Source: Acidobacteriota bacterium (GTDB lineage: Bacteria > Acidobacteriota > Thermoanaerobaculia > Multivoradales > UBA5704). Taken from it: a stretch of 16,047 bases of DNA. Below the pieces are notes generated by a model. That model was given only the letters and a program-made list of their open reading frames with translations. It was not told the origin of the DNA and searched no databases. The position numbers and the translations under genes were made by a program. The first letter of the stretch is position 1; every line of letters begins with the position of its first letter. This document shows, piece by piece, positions 6,581 through 15,481 of the stretch. The DNA lies in assembly GCA_040005235.1 (NCBI GenBank), contig JBDTZG010000093.1, forward strand, positions 1-16,047. The letters run 5' to 3'.

Positions 6581-9500
6581 TCAGTGGGCGAGGCTTTCGA
6601 GCGTCGCGGTCGCGGTCGCCAGGGCGTCCGCGCCGGAGCTGACCGGAAGGGTCAGGACGCCGGTTGGGCTGAAGCTCGCGCCTTGCAAAGTCGACACCAG
6701 GTCGATCAGCCGGGCGACGTCCACCCGGGCGTCGCGGCGCAGGCGGATGGTCAGCTCGCGTCCGCGGCTGGCGATCGACTGGACCCGCAGCGCTTCGGCC
6801 GCCCGCTTGAGCGCCGCGACCTCGACCAGGGTCAGCACAGCGGCGGGCGGCGGGCCGAAGCGATCGGTCAGCTCGGCGAGCACCTCTTCGCGCGACTGCT
6901 CGGCGGCGGCGATCTTGCGGTAGATCTCCATGCGCAGGTTCGCGTCGGCCACGTACCCTTCCGGGATCGACATCGCGACAGGCAAATCGATCTGCGCCGA
7001 CGGCGCCTCCTCGATCGCCTCGCCGCGAAGCTCGCGGACGGCCTCTTCGAGCAGCTTCAAGTAGGTTTCAATGCCCACGGCGGCGATCTGGCCGCTCTGC
7101 TCGGAGCCGAGAAGGTTGCCGGCACCGCGGATTTCGAGGTCGCGCGCCGCGATACGGAACCCGGCGCCCAGGTCGGTGAATTCCCGAATCGCCGCCAGGC
7201 GCTTGCGCGCCGATTCGGACAGGACGCGATCGGACGGCACCAGGAGGTAGCAATAGGCGAGCTGGTTGCTCCGCCCGACTCGGCCCCTAAGCTGGTAGAG
7301 CTGGGCCAGGCCGAAGCGTTCGGCGCGGTGGACGATCATGGTGTTGACGTTCGGAATGTCGATGCCGTTTTCGATGATCGTGGTGGCGAGCAGGACGTCG
7401 AACTTGCCTTCGGTGAAGGCGTGCATTCGCTTGGACAGCTCCGCCTCTTCGAGCTGGCCGTGGCCGACGGTGACCCGCACCCCGGGCACCAGATCGCGCA
7501 GATAGGTGAGCATCTTCTCGATCGTCTCGACACGGTTGTAGACGTAATACACCTGGCCGCCGCGCTCGATCTCATGCTCGATCGCCTCGCGGATCACCTC
7601 CGGATTGAACGGCAGGATCGCGGTCTCGACCGCCATCCGGTCTTTGGGCGGCGTCTCGATCACCGACAGGTCGCGCACCCCGGCGAGCGACAGCTGGAGG
7701 GTACGGGGCACCGGAGTGGCCGACATCGCGAGAACGTGAACGTTCTTCTTCGCCTGTTTCAAGCGTTCCTTCTGGGCCACGCCGAAGCGCTGTTCCTCGT
7801 CGACGATCATCAAGCCCAGCTTCGGCATCTCGATGTCTTTCGACAGCAGCCGGTGGGTGCCGATCAAAATGTCGACCGTCCCCTCTTTCAGGCGTTTCTG
7901 GAGGATTTTGGTTTCCGGCCCCGAGCGGAAGCGGGAAATCATCTCGATCCCGACGGGGAAACCGGCGAAGCGTTTGCGGAAGGTTTCCAAGTGCTGGTCG
8001 GCGAGGATCGTGGTCGGCGCGAGCACCGCCACCTGGAATCCGGCGTCCACCGCCTGAAACGCCGCGCGCATGGCGACCTCCGTCTTGCCGTAGCCGACGT
8101 CGCCGCACAGCAGCCGGTCCATCGGCCGCTCGCTGCGAAGGTCCTGCCGGATCGCGCCGATCGCCTCGTGCTGGTCGGCGGTCTCTTCATAGGCGAACGC
8201 CGCGGCGAACTGGCGCACCCAATCGGAATCCTCCTCGCCGCCCATCGACGGAGCCTTCGCCAACTGGCGCTCGGCGTAGAGCTTGAGCAGCTCGTCCGCC
8301 ATGTCGCGCAGGCTCGACTTGACCTTGGCTTTAGCCTTGTTCCACGAGGTGCCGCCGAGCTGGTCGAGGCGCGGCGCCACCCCTTCGATGCCGCTGTATT
8401 TCTGCACCTGATCGAGGCGCGAAAGCGGCAGAAGCAGACGCCGGCCGCTCGTGTACTCGATCTCCATGACTTCGGATTCGATCGCCGCGGGTGCGCTCAT
8501 GTCGCGCAGCGCGGGCGGCAGGCGGGTGACGTCTTCGACCCCGCCGCGCACCGAGCGCAAGGCGATGAACCGGCCGATGCCGTGGTCGGAATGAACCACG
8601 TAGTCGCCCACCTTCAAATCGCGCAGGCCGGAGAGGAATGGGCCAAAGCGCGATTTGGAAGTCCGCCGCTGGAGCTTCGCCTGGGGCAGGATCTGCTGCT
8701 CGCCGTAGAGCGCCACTCCCGCCGCCGGCAGGCGGAAGCCGCGCGACAGCTCGCCCGCGATCAACTCCACCCCATCGCGCCCGATCTCGATCTCGCGCCC
8801 GGCGAGGAGGTCCTCCATCCGCGCGTGGTGGGCGGGTGGAGCGACGATCACGCAGCGCTCGCCGCGTGAGCGGGCGGTCGCCACCTCCTGCGGAAAGCGC
8901 GGCAGCTGGCCGTGGAAGAGATCCGTGGTGGAAGCGGCGAAATCGATCGCCTCCACTCGGGCGCCGTCGCGGATCTCCGACAGCACCAGGTCGCCCACCC
9001 GGACTTCGGCGCCCGAAAGCTGCGCCTCGACCGCCTCGGCCGGCCACTCTAGATCTTCCGGCGAGATCGCCAGCCGCCGATGGTCGCGCCGCGCGCTCCA
9101 ATCCGCGGCGAGCCGCCCGGCGTGGTGCTCCACCTCGGCCGCGAGAGCCGGGGGATCGACCGCCAGGATCAATGGGAGCAGGGGGCGCGGCGAGGAGCGC
9201 TCGGTGGACGCCAAGGTGTCGGCAAGCGTTGCCGTGCGTGCGCCCAGCAAAGGCAGGTAATTCTCCCAGCCGGGAAACCCGCCCGACTGCCGCAACGCGG
9301 CCAGTCGTTCTGCCGCCTCCGGACCGAGATCGGTGCCGCCGAGCGACCCGAGCAGATCGGCCAGTTTGCCCGCCGCCGCCGGCCCGCCGGGAAACAGAAG
9401 CAGCGGCAGGATACGGATCGAGTCGAGCGTGTCTTCCGAGCGTTGGCTCTGGGCATCGAACCAGCGAATCGCCTCGATCGTGTCGCCGAACAGGTCGAGC

Positions 9501-10072
9501 CGGATCGGCGCGTCCTCGCCCGGCGGAAAGAAATCGACCAAACCGCCGCGCACCGCGTACTCGCCGATCTCGTAGACCAGGTCGGTCCGGTGGTAGCCGA
9601 AGCGGTCGAGATGCCGCACCAACTCATCGATCGGCAGGTCGTCTCCCGGCTTGACGTCGAGCGCCGAGGCGGAAAAATCGGCGCGTGCCGGCAGCCGCCG
9701 GAAGAGAGCGCGCGGGGTCGCGACCACCGTCCGCGCGGACCCCGAAACGATCCGGTCGAGCGCCACCGACTCCTGCGCCCGGACAAGCAGCGAGGTCTCG
9801 GTCTCCTGATAAGGGGTGAGCGATGGGGCGGGAAAGTACACCGCCCGCCCCTCCCCGAACAGCTGCACCGCCTCCAGCCAGGCGAGCGCGTCCGCCTCGC
9901 GCGGCACGACCACCAAAAGCGGCCGGCCGAGATCCTCCGCAAGCAGCTCGCCCACCCACGCCGCGGCAGGGGCCGGCAGGCGTACGACATCGCCCAAACG
10001 CTGGACCAGCGCCCGGTAGGGGGCGCTCGCCCGAAGTTGCTGGGAGGCCGGAGCCCAAGATCGGTCGCTCAT
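6581..10072 (-). CDS. mfd: Transcription-repair coupling factor (about 1163 aa)
   Basis: UvrB-homology region (EYAVRGGLVDFF), RID (GDYVVHSDHGIGRF), PMDRLLCGDVGYGKTEVAMRAAF, DEEQRFGV, SATPVPRTL, QLRGRVGRS and TRG motif RDLEIRGAGNLLG. The true start is near 10072 (or 10087), not 10942. Confidence 0.98.
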   Translation of the reverse strand: MSDRSWAPASQQLRASAPYRALVQRLGDVVRLPAPAAAWVGELLAEDLGRPLLVVVPREADALAWLEAVQLFGEGRAVYFPAPSLTPYQETETSLLVRAQESVALDRIVSGSARTVVATPRALFRRLPARADFSASALDVKPGDDLPIDELVRHLDRFGYHRTDLVYEIGEYAVRGGLVDFFPPGEDAPIRLDLFGDTIEAIRWFDAQSQRSEDTLDSIRILPLLLFPGGPAAAGKLADLLGSLGGTDLGPEAAERLAALRQSGGFPGWENYLPLLGARTATLADTLASTERSSPRPLLPLILAVDPPALAAEVEHHAGRLAADWSARRDHRRLAISPEDLEWPAEAVEAQLSGAEVRVGDLVLSEIRDGARVEAIDFAASTTDLFHGQLPRFPQEVATARSRGERCVIVAPPAHHARMEDLLAGREIEIGRDGVELIAGELSRGFRLPAAGVALYGEQQILPQAKLQRRTSKSRFGPFLSGLRDLKVGDYVVHSDHGIGRFIALRSVRGGVEDVTRLPPALRDMSAPAAIESEVMEIEYTSGRRLLLPLSRLDQVQKYSGIEGVAPRLDQLGGTSWNKAKAKVKSSLRDMADELLKLYAERQLAKAPSMGGEEDSDWVRQFAAAFAYEETADQHEAIGAIRQDLRSERPMDRLLCGDVGYGKTEVAMRAAFQAVDAGFQVAVLAPTTILADQHLETFRKRFAGFPVGIEMISRFRSGPETKILQKRLKEGTVDILIGTHRLLSKDIEMPKLGLMIVDEEQRFGVAQKERLKQAKKNVHVLAMSATPVPRTLQLSLAGVRDLSVIETPPKDRMAVETAILPFNPEVIREAIEHEIERGGQVYYVYNRVETIEKMLTYLRDLVPGVRVTVGHGQLEEAELSKRMHAFTEGKFDVLLATTIIENGIDIPNVNTMIVHRAERFGLAQLYQLRGRVGRSNQLAYCYLLVPSDRVLSESARKRLAAIREFTDLGAGFRIAARDLEIRGAGNLLGSEQSGQIAAVGIETYLKLLEEAVRELRGEAIEEAPSAQIDLPVAMSIPEGYVADANLRMEIYRKIAAAEQSREEVLAELTDRFGPPPAAVLTLVEVAALKRAAEALRVQSIASRGRELTIRLRRDARVDVARLIDLVSTLQGASFSPTGVLTLPVSSGADALATATATLESLAH

Positions 10073-10192
10073 GCGGCCGGAAAGCATAGCGCGGGGGGGC
10101 GGGTTTCCGTGAACCCCAGATAGCCACCGTGCTATCGTTCGGTCGTAACCCCACCGCGTATTCACGAACCTTTGACCCGAGGGCTCGAAATC

Positions 10193-10954
10193 ATGACCGT
10201 CGCCTCGCCGCCGCCTCCGCCCCCGCAAAATCCGTATGCCCCGCAACCGCCGGTCGGACCGAAAAAGACCTCGCCTTGGGTTTGGGTGGGCGCCGGTTGT
10301 CTCGTGCTGCTCCTGTTGGGCTGCGCGACCTGCGTGTTCATCGGCTACAAGGCGAAGCATCTCGCCGAGAAATACAAGGACAACCCCGAGCTGTTGGCGG
10401 CCGAGCTGATGATCAAGGCGAACCCGGACCTCGAAGAGGTCAGCTCCGACAAGGACGCCAAGACGATTACCGTCCGCGACAAGAAGACCGGCAAAGAAAT
10501 GACCCTCAACTTCGAGGACATCAAGAACGGCAAGTTCTCGATGGAGGGCGAGGACGGCTCGAAGGTCGACATCGGCGACGGCCAGGTCCAGGTGACCGAC
10601 GAAAAGGGCCAGACAACCAACATCGCCGGGGGAGTCGGCACGTCGAACCTGCCGGATTGGCTGCCCATGTACCCTGGCGCCACGGCGCAGAGCTCGTTCT
10701 CTTCCACGGGAGCGGACAGCGGCGCAGTGACGATGCTTGAGTCGACCGATTCGGCCGATCAGGCGCTCGCGTTCTACGAAGGGAAGCTCAAGGACGCCGG
10801 CTTCACGGTCGAAAAGAACGCCTACCAGGTGAACGGCAAGACGGCAGGCGGCACGGTCACCGCGAAGAACGGCGGCGACAAGGGCGAGGTGAACGTGGCG
10901 GTCGCAGACCAAGGCGGCAAGACGTCGATCACCATCACCCACAGCAACAAGTAG
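10193..10954 (+). CDS. Single-pass membrane-anchored hypothetical protein with an extracytoplasmic domain
   Basis: Pro-rich N-terminus and KK followed by a hydrophobic helix (PWVWVGAGCLVLLLLGCATCVFIGY). Then a beta-rich region and LPDWLPMYPGA...ALAFYEGKLKDAGF. Strong codon bias; ATG 10193 with GAGG upstream. Confidence 0.85.
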   Translation: MTVASPPPPPPQNPYAPQPPVGPKKTSPWVWVGAGCLVLLLLGCATCVFIGYKAKHLAEKYKDNPELLAAELMIKANPDLEEVSSDKDAKTITVRDKKTGKEMTLNFEDIKNGKFSMEGEDGSKVDIGDGQVQVTDEKGQTTNIAGGVGTSNLPDWLPMYPGATAQSSFSSTGADSGAVTMLESTDSADQALAFYEGKLKDAGFTVEKNAYQVNGKTAGGTVTAKNGGDKGEVNVAVADQGGKTSITITHSNK

Positions 10955-10960
10955 TCGACC

Positions 10961-12994
10961 ATGGCGAGGGGGACCGCACGCGGCATCGCCCTCCCTCGCC
11001 TATTCGGTTCGTTTCTCGCGTTCGCGGGGATCGCTTTGGCCCCCGCTTTGGCTCTCGGGGCGACCCTGCCCTCACCGCCGAAACCCCCGTGGGAGGCGTG
11101 GCTCGACCCTCGCGAATTGCCCCGCCTGCCGCCGGGCGATCAAGTCCTCTTGCGCAGCAGCCACTGCCCTAGCGGTTGCCGGTTCGACCGGACGTCGGAC
11201 GGCGATCCTCGTTTCCTGCGGATCGAAAACGGCGAGGCGGTGATCTTCGAAGAGGCGGGCGCCGGGGCGGTCGTAAGAATCTGGATGACCCAGGGGCCGG
11301 GCGTTTCGGCGCCGCTCGATCCGGCGATCCGGTTGCTCGTGCGGGTGGACGGCGAGGTCAACCCACGGATCGACTTGCCGCTGCCGGCCCTGTTCGACGG
11401 CACGACGCCGGGGTTTACCGCGCCGCTCGCCTTCGATCGCGAGCCCTCGAGCGGCGGCAACGTCCTCTACCTGCCGATCCCCTATCGCAAAGGGTGCAAG
11501 ATCTCGCTGACCGGCGCGGAGCACGAACGGCTCTGGTTCCAGGTCACGTTCCATCGCCTCGCCCAGGCGGGGGCGATCTCGACCTACACCGGCGCCGAGG
11601 ACCTGTCGGCTTGGCGGGCGATCCTGGCGCGCGCGGGGAACGATCCTTGGCCCGACTCGCAAAACGCTCCGGGTGCGCGCACCGACTCGGGCAGCGCGAA
11701 CCTGATCCCCGGCGGAGTTGTCTCGATCCCCGCTCCCGCCGCCCCCGGGTACCTGCGCGCAGTCCGGCTGCGCACCAGCCCGAGGGGCGCCGAGCGGCTT
11801 CGCCTGCGCTTGACGTTCGACGGCGAGCGCCGGGCCGATCTGCCTCTCGCCGATTTCTTCGCCGTGCGCGGAGCGGTCGTGCCACCGCGCGGGTTGCTGT
11901 TCGGACTGGCGGACGACGGCTTTCTCTACGCCTACTTCCCCGCGCCGTTTTTCGCCAATGCCAAGGTCGAGGTCTTCGACGCCGGGGCGCCCGGCTCCCG
12001 CCCCGTCAAGGTCGAATGGCAGATCGGCTGGAACGCCGAGGTCCCGGCGGCCGACAGCGGCCGGTTCGCAGTGGCATTCTCGGTCGCCGGGGAATCGATG
12101 CCCGAGGGCGACCTGCGGCTTCTGGACGCTTCAGGGAGCGGCAAATGGGTGGGGCTTTTCGCCGAAATCGGCAGCGTGCGCACGCTTTCGCGCGAAGTGC
12201 TCGAAGGGGACGAGCGGGTTTACCTCGACGGCTCGCTCCACCCAGGCCTCTACGGCACCGGGGTGGAAGACCTGTTCAACGGCGGCTTCTATTTCGACCG
12301 GGGTCCGTTCGCGCTGCCGCTCCACGGCTCGCCCGCGCATCGCATGACGCCGGCGGGCGAGGACGTCACCTCGGCGTATCGCCTGTTCCTGTCGGATGCG
12401 ATCCCTTTCCGGAACGAAATTCGCGCCGGCCTCGAAACCGGACCGACCGGCAACTTGGCCGTCCGCGCCCGGACGGTCGCCTACTACTACTCCCGACCCC
12501 TTCCGGCGCTGGCGAAATTTGATCGGCTCGATCCTTCCGACGCCCTCTCGGCGCTGGCCCACTCCTATGGGGTGACGGCGCCCGACGCGGCCTGCGCGGC
12601 CTTCCTGTCCCGATGGGAGGGGGGACCGCTCGTGGCGCCCGAAGAGACCGCGACTTCTTGCACCTACGCGGCTCCCGGAGGGCGGGACCGCTTCATCCTC
12701 CGCAGGCTTGCGCCGAACGGTGCCCTTCGCCTTCGCCGCCGCTTGGACGTGGGCCGGCCGAATCCGGCGGCCGACGTCTTTGTAAACGGCGTCCGGGTCG
12801 GCGCGTTCCCGTTCCAAGAGGCGAACCCCTTTCGCCGCCTGCGCGAGGTGGATCTGGACATCCCCCCCGGCGTGGCGGCCGGGGCGACGGAGCTGCATTT
12901 CGAGGTCGTGCCGCGGTTTTCCGCCGCCGGAGGGGAGCAGCACTCCGAGGTGATCTATGAGCTCTGGGCGGGCGAGCGACGTTCTCCACAGTAG
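10961..12994 (+). CDS. Secreted DUF2961-domain protein (glycoside hydrolase family 172-like)
   Basis: Signal peptide, GAGAVVRIWMT, YLPIPYRKGCKI, and EGDERVYLDG...LYGTGVEDLFNGGFYF...SAYRLFLSDAIPF, all typical of DUF2961. It lies 6 bp after the upstream gene. Confidence 0.85.
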   Translation: MARGTARGIALPRLFGSFLAFAGIALAPALALGATLPSPPKPPWEAWLDPRELPRLPPGDQVLLRSSHCPSGCRFDRTSDGDPRFLRIENGEAVIFEEAGAGAVVRIWMTQGPGVSAPLDPAIRLLVRVDGEVNPRIDLPLPALFDGTTPGFTAPLAFDREPSSGGNVLYLPIPYRKGCKISLTGAEHERLWFQVTFHRLAQAGAISTYTGAEDLSAWRAILARAGNDPWPDSQNAPGARTDSGSANLIPGGVVSIPAPAAPGYLRAVRLRTSPRGAERLRLRLTFDGERRADLPLADFFAVRGAVVPPRGLLFGLADDGFLYAYFPAPFFANAKVEVFDAGAPGSRPVKVEWQIGWNAEVPAADSGRFAVAFSVAGESMPEGDLRLLDASGSGKWVGLFAEIGSVRTLSREVLEGDERVYLDGSLHPGLYGTGVEDLFNGGFYFDRGPFALPLHGSPAHRMTPAGEDVTSAYRLFLSDAIPFRNEIRAGLETGPTGNLAVRARTVAYYYSRPLPALAKFDRLDPSDALSALAHSYGVTAPDAACAAFLSRWEGGPLVAPEETATSCTYAAPGGRDRFILRRLAPNGALRLRRRLDVGRPNPAADVFVNGVRVGAFPFQEANPFRRLREVDLDIPPGVAAGATELHFEVVPRFSAAGGEQHSEVIYELWAGERRSPQ

Positions 12995-13062
12995 GCGGTA
13001 CTTGAGTACAGACCACCCCCGGTCTGAGCCAGCTCACCCTTGAATGGGTTCGCTAAGGTGAA

Positions 13063-13518
13063 TTAACGACTCGCATTCGCCGACGTCTCAGTGCAGCCAG
13101 CTCCCGGTGGCAAGCGACCGGAGGAAAGTTGCAGCCGCACGGTCACCTCGTTGAGCTCCGCTTCGACCTGACGGCGAACCCATTCGCCGAGAGCCACGGC
13201 TCGCGCCGAGGGGGCGCCGGGGCCGCGGCTTGGCCGCCGCTCAAAAAACCGGGCCGCTTCGGTCACCGCCTCTGGGGTGGAGCCTACCGCGGCGGCCAGC
13301 TTGGCGCGGGTGGCCGGGCGGGGACTCTTCATGCCCGTTTCGTACGCCGAGATCTGGGACGGATGCATTTCGGCAAGCTCTGCGAGCTGTTCTTGGGTCA
13401 GGCCGCGTGACGCGCGGAGCAGCTGAACCCAGACGGCGGGGTCATCGATCGCGCTGCGCTTCAACAGCTCCGTGCGCGAAGTGACGGGTCGTTCGGTGCG
13501 CTTCGGGTAGTGTGGCAT
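13063..13518 (-). CDS. XRE-family helix-turn-helix regulator (about 151 aa)
   Basis: LLRASRGLTQEQLAELAEMHPSQISAYETGMKSPRPATRAKLAAAVG is a canonical HTH_3/XRE. The start is placed at ATG 13518. The track's extension to 14313 overlaps two other genes and looks non-coding. Confidence 0.88.
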   Translation of the reverse strand: MPHYPKRTERPVTSRTELLKRSAIDDPAVWVQLLRASRGLTQEQLAELAEMHPSQISAYETGMKSPRPATRAKLAAAVGSTPEAVTEAARFFERRPSRGPGAPSARAVALGEWVRRQVEAELNEVTVRLQLSSGRLPPGAGCTETSANASR

Positions 13519-13619
13519 AACCTTTTCGCCTACTTTCTCCCGTGTCAACGGGAATCCCATTCCGCGCCCCCCGGGAACCGGACTCTTCCGGCCGCCCCGA
13601 CACCCCAAGGAGGAATGAC

Positions 13620-13934
13620 GTGAAACCCACCTTCCGTCGCCTTGCCGTCCCCGTGATCTTGGTCTTGACGTTGACTCTAACCGCTCCATCGCCCGGCTTC
13701 TGCGCCCCTGAAGGGGCGGGCCTGCGCTGGTACGATTGGCTCGGATTTCTTTCCAACCTCTGGGCACCCCAGGGTTGCAGTGTCGAGCCAGTCGGCGGGT
13801 GCGGCCGGGCAAGCGCCACAGCTCCACGGGAAAACGGCTGTAGTGTCGATCCCGTCGGCCGCTGCGTTGAAGCGGTCGCCCCCCAGCAGGACCACGGTTG
13901 CAGTCTGGATCCCGTCGGCCGCTGCACAGACTGA
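13620..13934 (+). CDS. Secreted 104-aa pro-peptide with three GCS[VL][DE]PVG[GR]C repeats
   Basis: AAGGAGG (13607-13613) lies 6 nt before GTG 13620. Sec-type signal MKPTFRRLAVPVILVLTLTLTAPSPG, then a Trp-rich segment and three Cys-bracketed repeats with synonymous codon variation. Confidence 0.85.
   Translation: MKPTFRRLAVPVILVLTLTLTAPSPGFCAPEGAGLRWYDWLGFLSNLWAPQGCSVEPVGGCGRASATAPRENGCSVDPVGRCVEAVAPQQDHGCSLDPVGRCTD
13773..13925 (+). repeat. Three 30-bp coding repeats (13773-13802, 13836-13865, 13896-13925) separated by divergent 33- and 30-bp linkers
   Basis: The repeats translate as GCSVEPVGGC, GCSVDPVGRC and GCSLDPVGRC. GATCCCGTCGGCCGCTGC is identical in copies 2 and 3. Confidence 0.95.
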
Positions 13935-13987
13935 CCGGGCGCAGCCTGCATCCGCAGCCGGTAGCTCGGGAGCGGGCACCGGCTGCT

Positions 13988-15481
13988 TCAACCCCGGGTC
14001 CCACCGCCGAAACGAGGAACCCCGTTGCCCGCCGGAGCACTCGCCGCGACCAGCGCACGGTGAGCTTGGCGCGCCAGCTCCGCGGTAGCCCGGTCTCGTT
14101 CGGCAGCATCCAAGAATAAGCGCACAGCTGCCAGCTCTTCCCTTTCGATTCTGAGGGATCGGAAGATTGCGAGGGTCTGGCGGGCCAGGATCTTCGTCTC
14201 CGCAGGGCGCCCGGTCGAAAGGTAGACCTCCGCCAGGTCGAGCGCTGCGAGCGCCGCATCGTACGAGATCTGAATTGCTGCAAAGTCGCGCCAGACCTGG
14301 TCGAGCGCGGCAATGGCGTTTTCGAACCGTCCGGTGGCTGCCGCGACCCTCCCTTCGAGCCAAAGCACTCGAATCAGATCGAGCGCCTCCCGCCGCGACT
14401 CAGCTAGAGCGCGAATCTGCGGCAGCAACGCCACAGCCTCCACACCCCGCCCCAATTCCACCAGATTGGCGGCGAGGTTGAACTGTGCCACCAGTCGGTC
14501 GCGCGGGTCGCTTCGCTCGTCGAACGTCGCACAGGCGTTCTGCAGCGCCCCGATAGCACCCTCTGAATCGTTGCTATGCTGGAGGAGAACGGCCCGGCTG
14601 AGCCAGAGGAATCCCAGCTCCCCCGGCTGAGCCGCTTCAAACGCCTGGTCCTGCAGCGCTAAAGCCCCGCCGAAACGGCGTTGATCTCGGTAAAGCTTGG
14701 CTTCGGCGTCGAGCATTCGGGCGCGGGAGAACGGAGAGGGGAATCCCACCGGCGGGGCGACATCCTTCGCCCGGACATATGCAATATTCGCCTGATCGAA
14801 GGCGCCTTCCGCTCGGCGGGCGTTTCCGAGATAGACCCAGGCATACTCGCGGGAGGCCGCCTGAAGCGCCTCTGGGGCGACGAGGCGTTCGGCGACCCAA
14901 ATGCCCAACTCAGCAAGGCAGATCGACTCTTCGAGATCCCGCACTGTGGCCCGGTCGCTTTCGTGAGCCAGCTTTTCGACCAGCGCCCAGGTGGGGGCTA
15001 CGGGCATCCGCTCGAGGGTGGAGCGGCGGGCGGCCGGTTGTTTCTGGAGCGAGCGAAGCTCTACCCACATTGCGGCAGCTTGGGCGCGGGCGAGGTCAAA
15101 CATCCGATCGCGCGCCCCGGCGAACAGCTCGCGCCGCACCTCTCGGCTGATTCTGGCGGCGGCCCGTTCGAGATCGACCCGAATCTCCGTCGGCAGATCG
15201 GCACCCAGGGTATGGACCACCTCGTCGGGGCGAATCGAGCGCACGGCGGTCAGCGCGCTCTCCGCCGCTCCAGGTGCCGCCTTCCAGTGGGCGGCGAACT
15301 GGTCGAGCTGTTCTCGCGCGAGCGGCTCCTTCGCCTTGCCCAGCTCCAGCTTGCCGAGCGCTCCGGGCGAGATCCCGGCAAGCTCGGCCGCCTGGCGCTG
15401 GTCCAAGCCCAGCACGTCTCGAATTACCTTGATCGCGGCGTTGGTCGCCGGCGCAAGGGGCGGTTCAGGCGTCTCTTCCAT
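13988..15481 (-). CDS. XRE-HTH plus tetratricopeptide-repeat transcriptional regulator (497 aa)
   Basis: N-terminal IRDVLGLDQRQAAELAGISPGALGKLELG (XRE HTH). C-terminal TPR-like helices include AWVYLGNARRAEGAFDQA, AQFNLAANLVELGRGVEA and LEGRVAAATGRFENAIAAL. GAGGT RBS upstream of ATG 15481. Confidence 0.88.
   Translation of the reverse strand: MEETPEPPLAPATNAAIKVIRDVLGLDQRQAAELAGISPGALGKLELGKAKEPLAREQLDQFAAHWKAAPGAAESALTAVRSIRPDEVVHTLGADLPTEIRVDLERAAARISREVRRELFAGARDRMFDLARAQAAAMWVELRSLQKQPAARRSTLERMPVAPTWALVEKLAHESDRATVRDLEESICLAELGIWVAERLVAPEALQAASREYAWVYLGNARRAEGAFDQANIAYVRAKDVAPPVGFPSPFSRARMLDAEAKLYRDQRRFGGALALQDQAFEAAQPGELGFLWLSRAVLLQHSNDSEGAIGALQNACATFDERSDPRDRLVAQFNLAANLVELGRGVEAVALLPQIRALAESRREALDLIRVLWLEGRVAAATGRFENAIAALDQVWRDFAAIQISYDAALAALDLAEVYLSTGRPAETKILARQTLAIFRSLRIEREELAAVRLFLDAAERDRATAELARQAHRALVAASAPAGNGVPRFGGGTRG

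Noticed and set aside
5876-8869. 997-aa + strand ORF, and likewise 4456..5886 and 9080..10123
   Set aside because: These are antisense shadows of mfd and the PPIases, as expected in high-GC coding DNA. No recognisable domains.
10073-10942. 290-aa N-terminal extension making a 1453-aa Mfd
   Set aside because: Most of it is the stop-free antisense shadow of the strongly biased + strand gene 10193..10954. Mfd similarity begins near MSDRSW.
12995-13062. Chain of small hairpins between convergent genes as a tRNA remnant or att site
   Set aside because: No T-loop, anticodon or CCA pattern and no second copy in the window. At most a weak bidirectional terminator.
13773-13925. Mini-CRISPR (30-bp repeats with 30-33-bp spacers)
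   Set aside because: The lengths are suggestive, but the repeats differ mainly at synonymous positions, stay in frame within an ORF with an RBS and signal peptide, and no cas genes are present. A coding repeat explains it better.
13519-14313. 416-aa version of the XRE protein
   Set aside because: The extension overlaps the peptide gene and the HTH-TPR gene and is Arg/Gly/Pro-rich off-frame sequence.
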